Assembly: GCF_009914755.1 (NCBI RefSeq)
Contig: NC_060930.1
DNA from: the human T2T-CHM13v2.0 reference genome, Homo sapiens
Length of the DNA stretch: 64,000 nucleotides
Strand: one strand, 5' to 3'
Positions 16,915 through 35,004 of the stretch are shown here, in pieces. The notes beneath the pieces are model-generated. The model was given only the letters and a program-made list of their open reading frames with translations, had not been told where the DNA came from and ran no database searches. A program made the position numbers and the translations under genes. Every line of letters starts with the position of its first letter. The first letter of the stretch is position 1.

Positions 16915-18404
16915 TGAGGGCAAGTTAGAAAGAAGAAATTGATCATAAAATCATGTGCTAAAATAAGTCAATAAGGTGAGAACAATACATGGGGTATCAT
17001 AATCCCTATAAACCATTATACAAATCCTGAAAAAGTAAAAACAGTTTCTGAATTAAACTACCAGTGTTGAACACTCATATTAATAAAATGTAAAGCAACA
17101 CCATACATTACAGAGGTTATGGATTATCATGGAGATCTGTATAATTAATAATAATCTATTATTATTTGACATGTAATTTTAGAGACACCATTGAAGCTTT
17201 ACAAAATGAACTCTAAATGCAATTTCATTTCAACCAAGGAAACTGATAATCAAGAATAGTTATATTCTTTTCCTAAATTTATAAAACTTTTCTTCTAAGA
17301 AATGGATACACAATATTATGAAATTAATTTAAAAAGAAAGATTGGCTGACATTTATTACATAAATGGTTGTTTCTCCTAATATCTAATTTTTACTCCTCT
17401 CTTACTTAACAGATTTGTGACTGATGACATTGCTTTATGAATAGCATAAGCCCTGTTTTAACTAAGTGGATCATTGGGCTAGAAATAGAGATTCCTGTGC
17501 TGTATTTCTAGCTCTGAGTAGTTCTGTGACCTTAGGCAAACTTCTCAGCAGGAATCTCAAATTATCCTAATTAAAACTAAAATGTCATTTTCCACCCACT
17601 ATATGTATTGCACAAAGGTTGTGACATGATTATCCCTCTTTTTACAAATAATTGAGTTACTTCATATAAAGGTAAAATGCCATAAAATTATTTCTACATT
17701 AATGTCATATTTAATAATCTGAAATGATTTTGCCTTAATAGGATAAGATAGTAAGTGCAAACAGAATAGAGTTCCGATTATCCTTTAAAGTTAGTAATTA
17801 TTGTTAGAATATATACTAGCTTTCATGTGTATATATATAATTCATTTATATTCAACTAAATCACCATGGCTATCTTGAATATTAGAGGCAAGAGGATTCA
17901 TTATTATATTCACCAATATATTCAGTATTGGTGGCTGTTATTAAAGGCTTGTAATTAATAGGGGGCCAGTCGAGAAGAGTGGCCACTGGAATCACAAACA
18001 CTGTACTTCCTCTCCCATGTTCTGCTTCATAACTATGATCAAGTCACAACATCTTAGCCTCAAGACATGAAGATAATAATACTGTCTTAATTTTGTTTTG
18101 TTTTGTTTTGTTTCAGGAGAGCTAAATGGGCTGCTGGGTATAAACTATGTGGCACAGGGCCTGATGCACCTGAGGTGCCAAAAAAAAAATATTAGTCTTT
18201 ATTCTTTCAAGAAATCCTATGAGATCCTTGATATTTTTGTTGTCACATACATCTGTAAAATATCCCCCCATTTCCTTGAGAACCTGTCGTTCAATAAGTA
18301 TAAAGTTTCAGTTTTGTTAGATGAAAAAGTGCTATACATCATAATGTATATAATATTGTAGTCTTCAAAATTCTTAAGAGAGTAGATATGTATTCTTTAG
18401 AAAA

Positions 18405-18575
18405 AAACCCAAAGGGACACAATGAAACTTTAGGAGGTGTTGATTATGTCTATTACCTTGATTATGGTAATGCTATTACCAGTGTTTGCATATGCACAAA
18501 CTAATAAAATTGTACATATTAAATATGTGCAGCTTTTTATATATCAATTATACCTTAATAAAGCTTTAAAAAAAT
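18405..18575 (+). mobile_element. L1M 3' end fragment
   Basis: ATTGTACATATTAAATATGTGCAG...TCAATTATACCTTAATAAAGCT. Confidence 0.7.
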
Positions 18576-18584
18576 AGAAAATGT

Positions 18585-18875
<291 letters not shown>

Positions 18876-18941
18876 GAAAACTTTAAAAATTTAAAAATGG
18901 AGACTTTTTAAAATAAAGAATAAAATAAAATATCCCCCTCA

Positions 18942-19633
18942 ATTAGTTCATTTTCATACTGCTATAAAGAACTGCCCACAGGGCACAGTGGGACGCGCCT
19001 GTAATTCCAACACTTTGGGAGGCTGAGGCAGGTGGATCACCTAGGAGGTCAGGAGTTCGAGATCAGCCTGAGCAACATGGAGAAACCCTGAAACCCTGTC
19101 TGTAATAAAAATACAACCAGGCATGCTAGTATGCACCTGTAATCCCAGCTACTCAGGAGGCTGAGGTAGGAGAATCTCTTGAACCCTTGAGGCGGAGTTT
19201 GCGGTGAGCTGAGATTGAGACACTGTACTTCAGCCTGGGAAACAGAGGGAGACTCCATTTCAAAAAATAAAAAATAAAAATAACTGCCCAAGACTGGGTA
19301 ATTTATAAAGGAAAAAAGTTTAATTGACTCACAGTTCAGCATGGCTGGAGAGGCCTTAGGAAACTTACAATTATAGTGGAAGGCAAAGGGGAAGCAAGGC
19401 ACCTTCTTCACAAGGCAGCAGAAAGGAGAAGTGCCGAGGGAAGGGGAAAGAGCCCCTGACAAAACCATCAAATCTTATAAGAACTCACTATCATGAGAAT
19501 GGCATGGGCGAAAGCGCCCTCATGATCCAATTATTTCTACCTGGTCTCTCCCTTGACTCGTGGGAATTATGGGGATTATGAGGACTATAATTCAAGGTGA
19601 GGTTTGAGTGGGGACAGAAAGCCTAACCATATC
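18942..19633 (-). mobile_element. THE1/MSTA MaLR LTR interrupted by an Alu
   Basis: TTAGTTCATTTTCATACTGCTATAAAG...GACTGGGTAATTTATAAAG...CTAACCATATCA. Confidence 0.88.
18979..19282 (+). mobile_element. AluS within the MaLR LTR
   Basis: TSD AACTGCCCA on both sides. Confidence 0.92.
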
Positions 19634-20503
19634 AACCCTCATTTCTTGAGATAGCTAGAGCGACTTCCACTGCCTAAAAGTCAAAAGAGCTTCTCCAATC
19701 ATTATGCTTTGCTACTTCATGAAGTTCTAAATTGTTGATGCATTTTACTTTGCACATTTTCATTCGGTACTCCCATAGATGTTGAGTAGGTAGCGTTATG
19801 TGAACTCTCTTTAGATTCACCCGGGCATTTATTATTCTTACATCTAATACCATCAAATACATGGAGAATGCATGCATTGGGAGGAGGCCATTCATTGATC
19901 TAATAGATTAAATAAAATAAAACATCCAAAATGAAGCAAAAGGTCCTTATTCCCTGTTTTCCTGACCATTGAGAAGAGAAGACAGCTCATAAACCTAGAT
20001 TATTTCATCTTTATCTCAGATTTCATCTTTCCCTTCCATTTCCAAGGGAGATGCTTTTTTTTTTGCTTTTTTTTTTTCAGAATATTCAGCTAATGGTTGG
20101 CTCCATGGCTCATCTCTGAAAAAAAAATTACTTAGAGGCAGCACGATTCATTGCTACTGTCTCAAATGCTCCTAAGACAAAGAATCTTCTGCCAACACGG
20201 GCATACATGTTTGAATTAAGCATTCCCTATAGAAGTGAGCAGTTAATGGTCCAAGGAAACATCAGATGGCATTGAGGGCCAAACTGAGAAATAATGAATA
20301 TATAGATATATCTTTGATATCCTGTATCACATCCTCCCTCAAGTAACTCAGTCTTTCTTTGCACTCCTTACTCCCTACAGGCTGCCACTAATAAATGAAA
20401 TTTAAAATTCTTAGAGTAGCTGAATATGGGTTAAAATAAACTGAATCTGCTCATAAATAGAGTGGTTTATGTATTTTGTACACACAATTTATAAAATACA
20501 TAG

Positions 20504-20899
<396 letters not shown>

Positions 20900-20994
20900 T
20901 TAACGAAAGTCGAACTTACAGAAAAGAAATAAAATACACAGTCCTTATCAAAAACAGATGTGAAACAACATGGAAATCCCTCTTCTTTAACCTG

Positions 20995-21543
20995 TTTTGT
21001 GATGCTGCACCTGGCACCCTACAAACCACAGTTCTGCTTTGCCACCTGACCCTTGAAGGCACTGAAGAGAGACTACAGGCTGGAGGAAGAAAAGACATAC
21101 TTCTTCTTGTCTGTTTCCCATTCCTATGAGAATCATCCTATTAATACTTCTTCCCCCCAGCTGCAGCAATTCCTTTCCATGGCTGCAGCTGAATCTTGTG
21201 TGCAATTTTTCTAACATTCACAAAACCAGGCTCATCACACCCATACCCCCACCCCACAACACACCAGCACCAGTGCCCTCAACTCTGAAGTTTGAGTTTC
21301 AGCTTTTCAGGGCCCTTCCTCTAAGTTTCTAAGTTTTACTAACTCTCCTATCTTCTCTTTATTCTCTCAGTCCTAAGGGTGATAGCTGCTTCCTATAGTT
21401 GCTATCTCCTTGATGACTAGAATTCACTTTTTACCCTTTCAGTTACCTGATTAATAACTTTACATTTTGTTATTAATTCTTCTGCTTCTGTCTGTTTAAA
21501 TAGCAGATGTAATTTCTGTCTCCTATCTGGACCCTAACTATAC
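20995..21543 (+). mobile_element. Old ERVL-type LTR (LTR33/LTR41-like)
   Basis: 3' end TTTCTGTCTCCTATCTGGACCCTAACTATA resembles ERVL LTR termini. Confidence 0.45.
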
Positions 21544-22204
21544 TATGGCTTAACACATATAAACTGGTATCATATAAACCGAGTACACCAAGATTGCTTT
21601 AAAATAAAACTATGTAAAAGTGTGGCAGGGAAAAGAGTAAAGTAAATGTGTAGCTGTTAGAGGTTGTCAGATGGAGGGAGGAGGAAAATGCTGGAAGAAA
21701 GGAAAGGAGGACTCATAGTACTTAGTGTAAAGACCCATCCATGTATAGATACAGTGACAGTGTGACTATAACTTGATGCTACACAGGTAAACCATAGAAC
21801 TGAAGATTAATGATATATGCCAATAAGATTGAGAGAAGAATAAAGAGGACAATGCAACCAAATTAAATTATTTTGTAACACAGCAGAATAATGTTTAGAG
21901 GTTATAAATTTTAAAATAATGAATAAGTACATTACCATATTTAACTATATGGAGATAAACCCCCAAACAACTGGAAACACATGATTACAGTGTTCTTCTT
22001 TAAGAAATAATACTGGAGGTATGCAGAAGTGAGATAAGGCTAATTGCCTTTCCCATAAATGTTTCCATTTAATTTTTAGTATTTTATTAATTTGATTGTT
22101 TAAATTTTAAAAATGCAAAGAAAAAGATGTTGACTTCTGGAATTATGTAGTAGACACTTTTTCACATTCCTCACAGTAATGTCAACTAAAAACCCTGAAT
22201 ATTA

Positions 22205-22570
<366 letters not shown>

Positions 22571-23020
22571 CTAGGAACCTCAGGACTCAAGGGGAAATAC
22601 AGTGATGACATCCCTGGATTTTCTTTTTGTCTCATGTATTCCAGATTTAGAGCTGAAGAAGTCAGTAACTGGGAAACACCAAAGTGTATAGACTAAAAAG
22701 CCCCCACAAAAGCCAGCTACTTCTAGCCAAAAAACCAGGAAAGGGGCAGCCTAGCAGGGCAGAAACCTTATAGACAATAGCTACTCTAAACAAACCCACA
22801 GAAAAAGCTGTGCCCCACCCCCACCGTGCCAGCAAAGAAAACTAGACTTCCCTCTTCACAGCATGAGGGGAACTTTGACTCCCAGCCTAGCAGTAATGAA
22901 GCAACCTTCCTTTCCCCACTGGGGTGGTGCCAGAGGATGCCCAGCAGAGTGTCAGGGCTTTCACTATCACCCATAGGTAATGAGGCCACCCTTGCCATGG
23001 TGTCAGTAGAAGTGAGGAGC

Positions 23021-23230
23021 ACTGACTTCTTCAGCAATAAATCTGGGATACATGAGACAAAAAGAAAATCCAGGGATCTTATCACTGTATTTTCCTTGAG
23101 TCCTGAGGTTCCTAGCCAGTCAACCTTCTTATTTCTACCTTCCAGAGTTTTATGTTTGTTTTATATATAATGGTCAGGGTTTTTAGTTGTCATTAGTGTG
23201 AGGAATATGAAAAAGTGTCTACTATCATAA
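23021..23230 (-). repeat. Inverted duplicate of the L1M 5' end (22143-22666 minus the Alu)
   Basis: Reverse complement aligns over 210 bp. Confidence 0.9.
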
Positions 23231-23545
23231 AGCACTAATAAGGCGTCTGGTTGCAGCCAAAATCCAATGTGTTGATTTTTTTAGGCACAACCATAAACGA
23301 TTACGAAGGCTTTACCTAGCAGGCCTCAAGGAGGAAAGATGGTCTCCCCACACCAGATTTGGTGCACAACCAATACACTGCAAACTCTGAAGGGAATTAG
23401 AGCCAAGGGTTCAATCCTCCCTGACCAGCCATGCTTTTATGTATATCTGCATTCTTAGCTGGGGCTCCTCCATTTTGAGGCCTCCTTACCAGGGAAGCTT
23501 GAAGACACTTTGCTGCACTCTGCCTTAAGTACTTGATACTTTTTC

Positions 23546-23818
23546 GGCCTGGCAGGGTGGCTCACGCCTGTAATCCTAGCACTTTGGGAGGCCAAAGCGG
23601 GCGGATTGCCTGAGCCCAGGAGTTCGAGACCAGCCTGGTCAACATGGTGAAACCCGTCTCTACTAAAAATACAAAAATTAGCCGGCCGTGTTGGTGGACG
23701 CCTATAATCCCAGCTACTCGGGAGGCTGAGGCAGGGGAACTACTTGAAACAGGGGGGCAGAGGTTGCAGTGATGATACCACCTCACTCTAGCCTGGGCGT
23801 AAGAGCGAAACTCCCTCC

Positions 23819-23863
<45 letters not shown>
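23546..23863 (+). mobile_element. AluS with uninterrupted A44
   Basis: A-run 23820-23863. Confidence 0.93.
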
Positions 23864-24422
<559 letters not shown>

Positions 24423-25078
24423 CTACTCTAACACCTGTAAGTTCAGCACTCTCCAGCTCAGCTGGGCCTCTGATAGGTACTAATACTCCTTCCAGTTTGG
24501 GAGGTATCATTAGAGGCCTAGTTAGGAGCCAGAATTCACAGACTACCTGGCAGTAAAAAGGTGGTAGCGCCTTCCTTTGCTGCAGGGTTATCAGCAAAAG
24601 CCAATTAAAACATAAGTTTAAATAAAATCCAGAGTCTCAAAACACAATATTCAACATGTCCAGGTTTCCATTGAAAATCATTCATCATACCAAGAACCAG
24701 GAAGATCTCAAAAGGAATGTAAAAAAAAGATGTCATACATAATGTAACTACCTAACACAGATTGTAAAGCAGTTGTCATAAAAATGTTTCAATGAGCAAT
24801 TGTGAACATGCTTGAAAAAAATTTTTTTAATCTCAGCAAAGAAATCAAAAGTCTTGGTAAAGAAATAGAAGATAAAGAAAATGAAGAAAAATCAAATTAA
24901 AATTTTAGAATTAAAAAATACAGTATTTGAAACAAAAAGCTCAGTGGATGAACTCAACAGCAGAATGTGGCTTGGTGAGTCAGGTAAAAAAAATGATTAA
25001 AAAGAAAACAACAGAATAAAGGGAACAAAGGAAAGAATAAGTAAACTGGAAGATAAAACAATAGAAATTATTCAGTCT

Positions 25079-25374
25079 GGCCAGGCACAGTGGCTCGTGC
25101 CTGTAATCCCAGCATTTTGGGAGGCTGAAGTGGGTGGATCACTTGAAGTCAGGAGTTCAAGACCAGCCTGGCCAACATGGCAAAAACCCACCTCTACTAA
25201 GAATACAAAAATTAGCCAGGCGTGATGGCACACACCTGTAATCCCAGCTACTCGGGAGGCTGAGGCACAAGAATCACTTGAACCTGGGAGATAGAGGTTT
25301 CAGTGAGCCAAGATCATCATGCCACTGCACTCCAGCCTGGGCGACAAAGCAAGATTCTGTCTGAAAAAAAAAAA
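25079..25374 (+). mobile_element. AluS
   Basis: Full Alu. Confidence 0.93.
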
Positions 25375-25386
25375 TTATTCAGTCGG

Positions 25387-25698
<312 letters not shown>

Positions 25699-25891
25699 TC
25701 AATATGAACAATAGAGAGAAAATAGGGAAGAAAATGAACAAGTCCTTAGGGAACTGTGAGACTATAAAAAAAGTTCTAACATTCTTGTCCTCACAGTTCT
25801 GGAGGGAAAGAAAAAAGAGGGCATGAATGAAAAAGTAGTTGAAGAAATAAATATAGCTGAAAACTTCCCAACTTTGACAAAAAAGATATGA

Positions 25892-26374
<483 letters not shown>

Positions 26375-27005
26375 TAGGCTGTATATATGCAGTATATATG
26401 AGAATGGGTTATATGAAAACTCTGTGCTTTCTGCTCAATTTTGCTATGAACCTATAAATTATCTAAAAAATAAATTCTGTTAAAAAAAGAGATACCCATT
26501 TACCTATAGGAGTAAACAATTTGCATGATGACATTAGTAGACTGAGATAAGTTATGTATATATAACATATTACCTTTCCCTCAAATGTCTATACAAAGAG
26601 ATACACACGAAAATACTATATATACAGAAAAGTAAAACTTAGAAATAAAAATAAGAAATAAATACTATAGATAATCAAAATACAATTCTAAAAATTGTTC
26701 AAGTAACCCCCAGGAAGACAGGGAAAAGAAAAATAGAGACACAAAAAACAGAAAGTACAAACAGAAAATCAAAAAACAAAATGGCAGACTTCACTCCTAA
26801 TGTATCAATAGTTCTATTAAATGTAATTGGTTTAAATACCCCAATTAAAAGACAGAGATTGGCATAGTGGATTAAGAAAACATAAGCCAACTATATCCTA
26901 TTTATAAGAATAAATAGTTTGAAAGTAAAATGATAGAAAAAATAGCATGCTAGCATTAATCAAAAGAAGAGTGGCTAAACTAATATCACTTAAAGTAGGC
27001 TTCAA

Positions 27006-27608
27006 TCAGGTACAGTGGCTCACTTCTGTAATCCCAACACTTTGGGAGGTCAAGATGGGAGGATTACTTGATTTTAGGAGTTGAAGACCAGCTTGAGCAA
27101 CACAATGAGATCCTGTCTCTACAAAAAATAAAAAATGAGCCAGGAGCAGTGGTGCCAATCCGTAGACCCAGCTACTCAGTAGGCTGAGGTGAGGGGATTG
27201 CTCCAGCCAGGAGGCCGAACAGCAGTGACCTGCGATTGTGTCACTGCACTCCAGCCTGGGTGACAGAGTGAGACCATGTCTCAAAAAAATAATAATAATC
27301 TGGGCAAAGTGGCTCATGCCTGTAAACTCCCAGCACTGCAGGAGGCAGGCAGATTTCATGAGTCCAGGAGTTCAAGATGTGCCTATGCACATGGCAAAAC
27401 TCTGTCTCTACCAAAAAAAAAAAAAAAATAGCTAAGCATGTAGTCCTAGCTACACAGGAGGCTGAGGTGGGAGGATCACCTGAACCCCAGAGGCAGAGGT
27501 TGCAGTCAACCAAGATTGCACCACTGTACTCCATTCTGGGTGACAAAGCGAGACCCTGTATAAAGAGTAAAAAATAAAATAAAAATAAATTATGTAATAA
27601 TAAAAAAG
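27006..27608 (+). mobile_element. Two tandem AluJ (27006-27298, 27300-27608)
   Basis: Diverged J-type Alus. Confidence 0.88.
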
Positions 27609-27694
27609 TAATCCACCAAGAAGAAATAATCCCAAATGTGCATATATCAAACAACAAAGTGGCAAAATACTTGAAGAAAAAAACTGATAGAACT

Positions 27695-28019
<325 letters not shown>

Positions 28020-28446
28020 CTAGCAATACTGACAAAGAAAATAAGAAAGAAGGCACATATTACCAATATCAGAAATAGGGGATATCACTACAGACATCAA
28101 AACTATAATAGGGAGCACTACAAACAACTGTATACATATAAATTTGAAATCTAGATAAAATGAATAAATTCCTCAAAAATAAAATAAAATAAATAAACTA
28201 CCAAAACTCATCCAATATGAAAAGGATCACTTGAGTCTCCCTATAACCATTAAGGAAATTGAATTCATAATTTTAAGACTCTCATAAAAGAAATCTCCAG
28301 GCCTAGATATTTTCACTGGAGAATTCTACCAAATATTTCAAGAAGAATTTACACTGATTCTACACAATATCTTCCAGAAAATCAAAGAGTAAGGAACCCT
28401 TCCCAGTTTATTTTATAATGCTAGTATTGTCCTGAAACCAAAACCA

Positions 28447-28447
<1 letters not shown>

Positions 28448-28481
<34 letters not shown>
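28448..28481. repeat. (CA)n microsatellite
   Basis: Directly visible. Confidence 0.95.
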
Positions 28482-28482
<1 letters not shown>

Positions 28483-28579
28483 AAACAGTGAAATCTATAA
28501 ACCAGTACTTGCAGAATACATATCCAAGAAAGGACTAATAACTAGAATATAAAAAGAGCTCTCAAAATTCACCAGTAAA

Positions 28580-28874
28580 AGCCAGGCACAGTGGCTCACA
28601 CTTGTAATTCCAGAACTTTGGAATGAGGATTTCTTGAGGCCATGAGTTGAAGACCACCCTAGGCAATATAGTGAAACCCATCTCTACAAAAAGTTTAAAA
28701 ATTAGTCAGGCATGGTGCTGCGTGCCTGTAGTCCTAGTTGTTTAGGAGGCTGAGGTGGGAGGATCTCTTGAGTGCAGGAGTTCAAGGCTGCAGTGAGCTG
28801 TGATGTGCCACTGCACTCCAGCCTGGGCAAAAGAGTTAGACCCTATCTCCATAAAAAAAGAAAAAGAAAAAAAA
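28580..28874 (+). mobile_element. AluJ
   Basis: TSD AAAATTCACCAGTA. Confidence 0.9.
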
Positions 28875-29627
28875 TTCACCAGTAGAAAAATAAACAATTC
28901 AATTCCAGAATGGATAAAAGACATAAGACATTCTACTGATGGCTATAAGCACATGGAAAGATGTTCAACATGATTACCAATCAGGGAATTACGGATTAAA
29001 GCACAATGAGATATCACTACATACCTATCAGAATGGCTACAATGAAAAATGGTGACACTAAATGCCAGCAAGAATATGGAGAAACTGTATCACTCACAGA
29101 AGGCTATTGAGAATGTTAAATGGTAGTCTCTGCAGAAGCAGTTTGACAGTTTCTTAAAAAGCTAAACATGCAACTACTGTACAACCCAGCAACTGTATCC
29201 CTAGGCACTTATCCCAAAGACATAAAGACCAATGTTCATGCAAAAACCTGTACATGAATGCTTATAGCAGCTTTAATTCATTATAGCTAAAATCTGGAAA
29301 CAATCCAGCTACCTTTCACTGGGTGAATGGATTAAACAAATTTTGGTAAGTTCATGCCATGGAATACTACTCTGAAATAAAAAAAAGACTGGACATTCAT
29401 ACATGCCACAACTTAAATGAATCTCCAGATAATACTACTTAGTGGGGAAAAAAGCTAATCCCAAAAGGTTACATACTGATTCCATTCATATAACATTCTT
29501 GAAATGAAAAAACTATAGAAATGGAGAATAAATCAGTTGTCGAAGTTAGGGAGCGGGGGAAGGGAGAAGGGAAGTAGGTATACATAAAAGGCAACACAAG
29601 AGATCCTGGTGGTGACAGAAATATACT

Positions 29628-29770
29628 GGATCTTGGTGGGTGGCTGATGGCTGTAAACCCAGCACTTTGGGAGGCTGGGGCAGGAGGATTGCTTCAGTCC
29701 AAAAATTCAAGACAAGCCTGGGCAACATAGTGAGACCCCACCTGTATAAAAATAAAAACAATAAAAAGAA
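29628..29770 (+). mobile_element. FLAM/Alu monomer
   Basis: Left-arm-type monomer; TSD AGAAATATACTG. Confidence 0.8.
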
Positions 29771-30440
29771 ATATACTGTATCTTGACTATATTAATTCCA
29801 ATATCTCAGTTGTATTATATAAATAGTTATATTATATATGTGTATATACTCAGTTATATTATAGTTTTGCAAGGCACTACCATTGGAGGAAACTCGGTAA
29901 AGGGTACACAAGATCTGTCTCTGTATTATTCCTTACAACTGCAGGTAAATCTAAAATTACTCAATATTAAAAATGGAATTTAAAAACTTTTTTTTTAATG
30001 CAAGGGAAAGGACCACAATTCTCAGAAACTTGACATGATAAGAAAATACTTGAAAAGGTGGCAGTGCCTTCAGGTCATTGACTGTGATAGCACACATTTT
30101 TCCAAATTATGAAGAGTGGTGGTTGTTTCACACTGTATTTCATAAAAGATATTAACTTCCTAGCATCCAAGTTTTATGATCCTTAGAGATTTGCTTTTCC
30201 CTTTGGAATTCTGCAATTCTAATATAAATTAAATTTAAGCTGATCCAACTGGGAGTTGCTAAACTCCATAAACGCAATTATAGTCTAAAGAGATGCTATA
30301 AAATTGATATTAGAACTATGCAACCCTCAACTACTTCCCGCCCTCTACCAACTTCATATACACACACAAACGAAGTGTTTGCCATTTTTCCTTGTGCCTG
30401 AGTGTAACCCAGGTAACTGTAGGCTGCATAAAGTTATTTA

Positions 30441-30442
<2 letters not shown>

Positions 30443-30471
<29 letters not shown>

Positions 30472-30753
30472 GAGACAGAGTCTCGCTCTGTTGCCCAGGC
30501 TAGAGTGCAATGGCACAATCCCAGCTCACTGCAACCTCCACCTCCCAGGTTCAAGTAATTCTCATGTCTCAGCCTCCTGAGTAACTGGGACTACAGGTGT
30601 GGTGCCAATATGCCTGGCTAATTTTTGTATTTCAGTAGAGACAGGATTTTGCCATGTTGGCCAGGCTGGTCTTGAACTCTTAGCCTCAAGTAATCAACCT
30701 GCCTTGGCCTCCTAAAGCACTGGGATTACAGGTGTGAGCCACCACACTTGGCC
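30443..30753 (-). mobile_element. Alu with (TTTA)n tail
   Basis: Antisense Alu. Confidence 0.92.
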
Positions 30754-30947
30754 CAGGTATTGGTTTTAAATTTTCCTTTATTAAGTGTATGTCAAGAACA
30801 AACTATTTTCTTGACATTCTGAATGACTGTGGCATAAAACAGCTCATAAAATCAATGTGTCCTGTCTTTTCATCCTTGATATCTTGGACACAACTAATGT
30901 CCTTTTATATTCATATGGCAATTCAGGACAATCAAATAAATAATTAA

Positions 30948-31295
<348 letters not shown>

Positions 31296-32201
31296 TAGTT
31301 ACTTTTTCCACCCGAGATAATAAACATCATGGTCATTGCTATACCTCAAACTCGTATTTTTCCTTACTCAGGTGCTGGAAAACTAAAAATATAAGCCGAG
31401 GCAGATTATAGGAGAAAAAATAGGCTATTCCTGATCTGCCCTCACAATATAAAGTGTCTCAGTACAGATTCTCAATTTTTTAATGTGCTAATTTGAAATG
31501 TTTGGAAAACAAATACACAGCATAAAAATAGTTCACAGTAGTTTGCCAGTCAAATCAGTTCTCTTCAGTTTATACTCTCTAAGCCTTTTCCCAGCAATTC
31601 AGAGGTTTTATGGTGACTAAATTATTATAAATCTGTTTTCTCCTTGTGGGTAGTTTAGTTAAAATAAGATTATGAACAGGGACGCTGTCTTCTTGTGACC
31701 AGAGAACTATTATCATAATCAAATTACCAAAATGTTAAATATACTCTGGCTCCCTCAAAACTCTGCTCACATCTAAGAATCAATCTAAGATAATCAGTTT
31801 ACATAAAATTGTAGCCAACACTAGAAACCCATTTTCTTCAAGTTATTGATTTAAAAAAAAATCTATTAATAGGCACCTAATTATCTATATATCCCAGTAT
31901 TCAAAAAAATAACACAATAAATCTAGCATAATTATTTTAATTCAATATATAATTAAATTACGCTGTTTTTATCACAAAAGTAAATTGTCATTAAAAATAA
32001 AACAGCTATATTTGTGATTTTCCTCATGCTGAGAGCAACATTCCAGTTGCTGTAGGTGTTTATTTTCTTCTAACCAAACACTACTATTAATAACACCTCA
32101 TAAAAATAAAACGTTTGCACAATAAAGCAGGTTCCCCAACCTACCTTCTTCCCTACTAAAATGCTGCTTGTGTTCCAGTTTGCATCCTCCTCCTTATTTA
32201 A

Positions 32202-32743
<542 letters not shown>

Positions 32744-32840
32744 TAGAGAAGTCAGGATCCCTGATGTTTCAGCTCTCATAAGATGAAATTTTCTCTAAGA
32801 AACTATGATGGAGAAAATTGTTCATTAAGAAAATTATAGC

Positions 32841-32966
32841 AGCTGGGCATGGTGGTGCACACCTATAGTCCCAGCTACTCAGGAGGCTGAGGTATTCCTG
32901 AGCTACCCAGGAGTTTGAGGCCAGCCTGGGCAGCATAGCAAGACCCCATCTCTTAAAAAGAAAAAA
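32841..32966 (+). mobile_element. FLAM-type Alu monomer
   Basis: Monomer; TSD-like AAGAAAA.TTA.AGCA. Confidence 0.8.
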
Positions 32967-33392
32967 TTACAGCAAATTCTTGACCTCAAAACCAAGTCTT
33001 TGCTAGACATTACATGAGGCTTCAGCAGTTAAGCAGTCAGAGAAAAGCATGGTCCCATTAGCACAAAGTCTGCAGTCTAACTGAAGACAATTAACAAGCA
33101 GGTATTACAAGTGGGAAAAGTGTGACAAAATTAGTAACAATAAGGTATTTGGATGTAAGTCTCACTTTTTTAAATATTGGGACTATATGAACCCAGATGC
33201 CATATTTTTACTTCCTTCATTGATAAAATCCTTTCCTCTCACTATTTTGGCTATTTTTTAATAAGAGATTTTATTGTATCTCCTCAGAACAAATATAAAC
33301 AAAATCTATGAAAGAACTATGCTATATTATATATGAATTGGACCAGCCGAAAGTATACAGACTCAAACATTTCTTAAAAATCAAGAAATCTG

Positions 33393-33691
33393 GGCCAGGT
33401 GTGGTGGCTCACGCCTGTAATCCCAGCACTTTGGGAGGCTGAGGCAGGCAAATCACTTGAGGTCAGGAGTTCGAGACGAGCCTGGCCAGCACGGTGAAAC
33501 CCCATCTCTACTAAAATCACAAAAATTAGCCGAGTGTGGTCGCGGGCGCCTGTAATTCCAGCTACTCAGGCAGCTGAGGCAGGAGAATCGCTTGAACCCA
33601 GTAGGTAGAGTTAGTGGTTGCAGTGAGCTGAGATTGTGCCACTGAACTCCATGGACAGAGCAAGACTCCATCTCAAAAAAAAAAAAAAAAA
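33393..33691 (+). mobile_element. AluS
   Basis: Full Alu. Confidence 0.93.
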
Positions 33692-34323
33692 GTCTGAAGA
33701 CAGGGATTACAGGAGCTGACTCAACTGCTCAACAAGGCCACTAGAGACCCAAGCTCCTCCTATCATTCTGCTCCAACACACTTGGCATGTTGTCCTTTGC
33801 CTTCATGCCTATTGCCTCATGATTGCAATATAGTTGCTGTTCAGGTCATCACATCCTCATTCATGGACGGAAGGAAAGGAGGAATAAAGGGAACTGTTCA
33901 TCCATACCTGACAGCTTTCAACAGGAAAGCCAAAATTTCCCGGAAATGCCTATAACAGACTTCTCCCTACATCTTATTGATCAGAATGATGTCAGATGGT
34001 GAGCTTCTTTGCCTTATGGCTTCTGGTCAGGTCAAACAAGAGATGTGAAAAAAGATTGGAGGGTGTGTGTTGAGTGAAATCAGGGAATTTCTTCCTTGTT
34101 CCTTCCCATTGTCCCATTTCAGCAGAATTCTGGGACTGGTTATGTCCTCCATCACTACAGCTTCTTCTAGACACCCTTCTCCAAAGCTCCAGCCTCTCTG
34201 GGCTCTGGTAACATTCCATCTCTTGCTTTGTCAGGCCTTGGGGTGAGAACAGCTGGTCTCTGGGTGCTTCATTGATATCTTTAACCCTGCCACATCTCCA
34301 TAAGTGGATTCATCATTAAAATC

Positions 34324-34626
34324 TTTTATTTTATTTTATTTATTTTAGACAGAGTCTTGCTCTGTCTCTCAAGCTGAAGTGAAGTGGTACAATCTTGGCT
34401 CACTGCAACCTCCGTCTCGTAGGTTCAAGCAATTCTTCTGCCTCAGACTCCTGAGTGGCTGGGATTACAGGCATGCACCACCACACCTGGTCAATTGTTG
34501 TATTTTTAGTAGAGATGGGATTTCACCATGTGGCTAGGCTGGTCTCAAACTCCTGGCCTCAAGTGATTCGCTTGCCACGGCCTCTGAAAGTGTTGGGATT
34601 ACAGGCATGAACCACTGCATCCAGCC
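34324..34626 (-). mobile_element. AluS
   Basis: Antisense Alu. Confidence 0.92.
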
Positions 34627-35004
34627 TAAAATCGTTTAAATTTATCATCGGAGTGAAATCGTGTTCCCTGCCAAGAGTCCAACAAATACATATAGAATTT
34701 TAAATGCAAAGGAGTTAGAAAATCAGACAACAGGGGAGCCATGTCAATGTGAACAAACTATGATCCACTGCCCGAGGTCAGACACATTGCCATCCTGAAC
34801 AAATGTATGATTAAGTTAAAGATATGGGTATTTGGTGGGTGCCTTGTCTACCACATATGATTTATAATTAAGAGCTGTTTAAAAAGCAACCTGAATGATC
34901 ATGTATTATTCATTTTGTTATTGCCTTCAACTAACTCAGTGCCTGGCAAAATATGTCTACTAGTGAGTAAATAATACCTTACTCTTCTAAAACTTTGTAG
35001 TCTA

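Noticed and set aside
16167-16946. Long K/E/R- and F/L/S-rich ORFs (also at 35.8-36.3 kb and 40.9-41.3 kb)
   Set aside because: Stop-free translations of purine microsatellites.
23395-23425. GGTTCAATCC as a tRNA T-loop/B-box
   Set aside because: No acceptor, D or anticodon stems are discernible.
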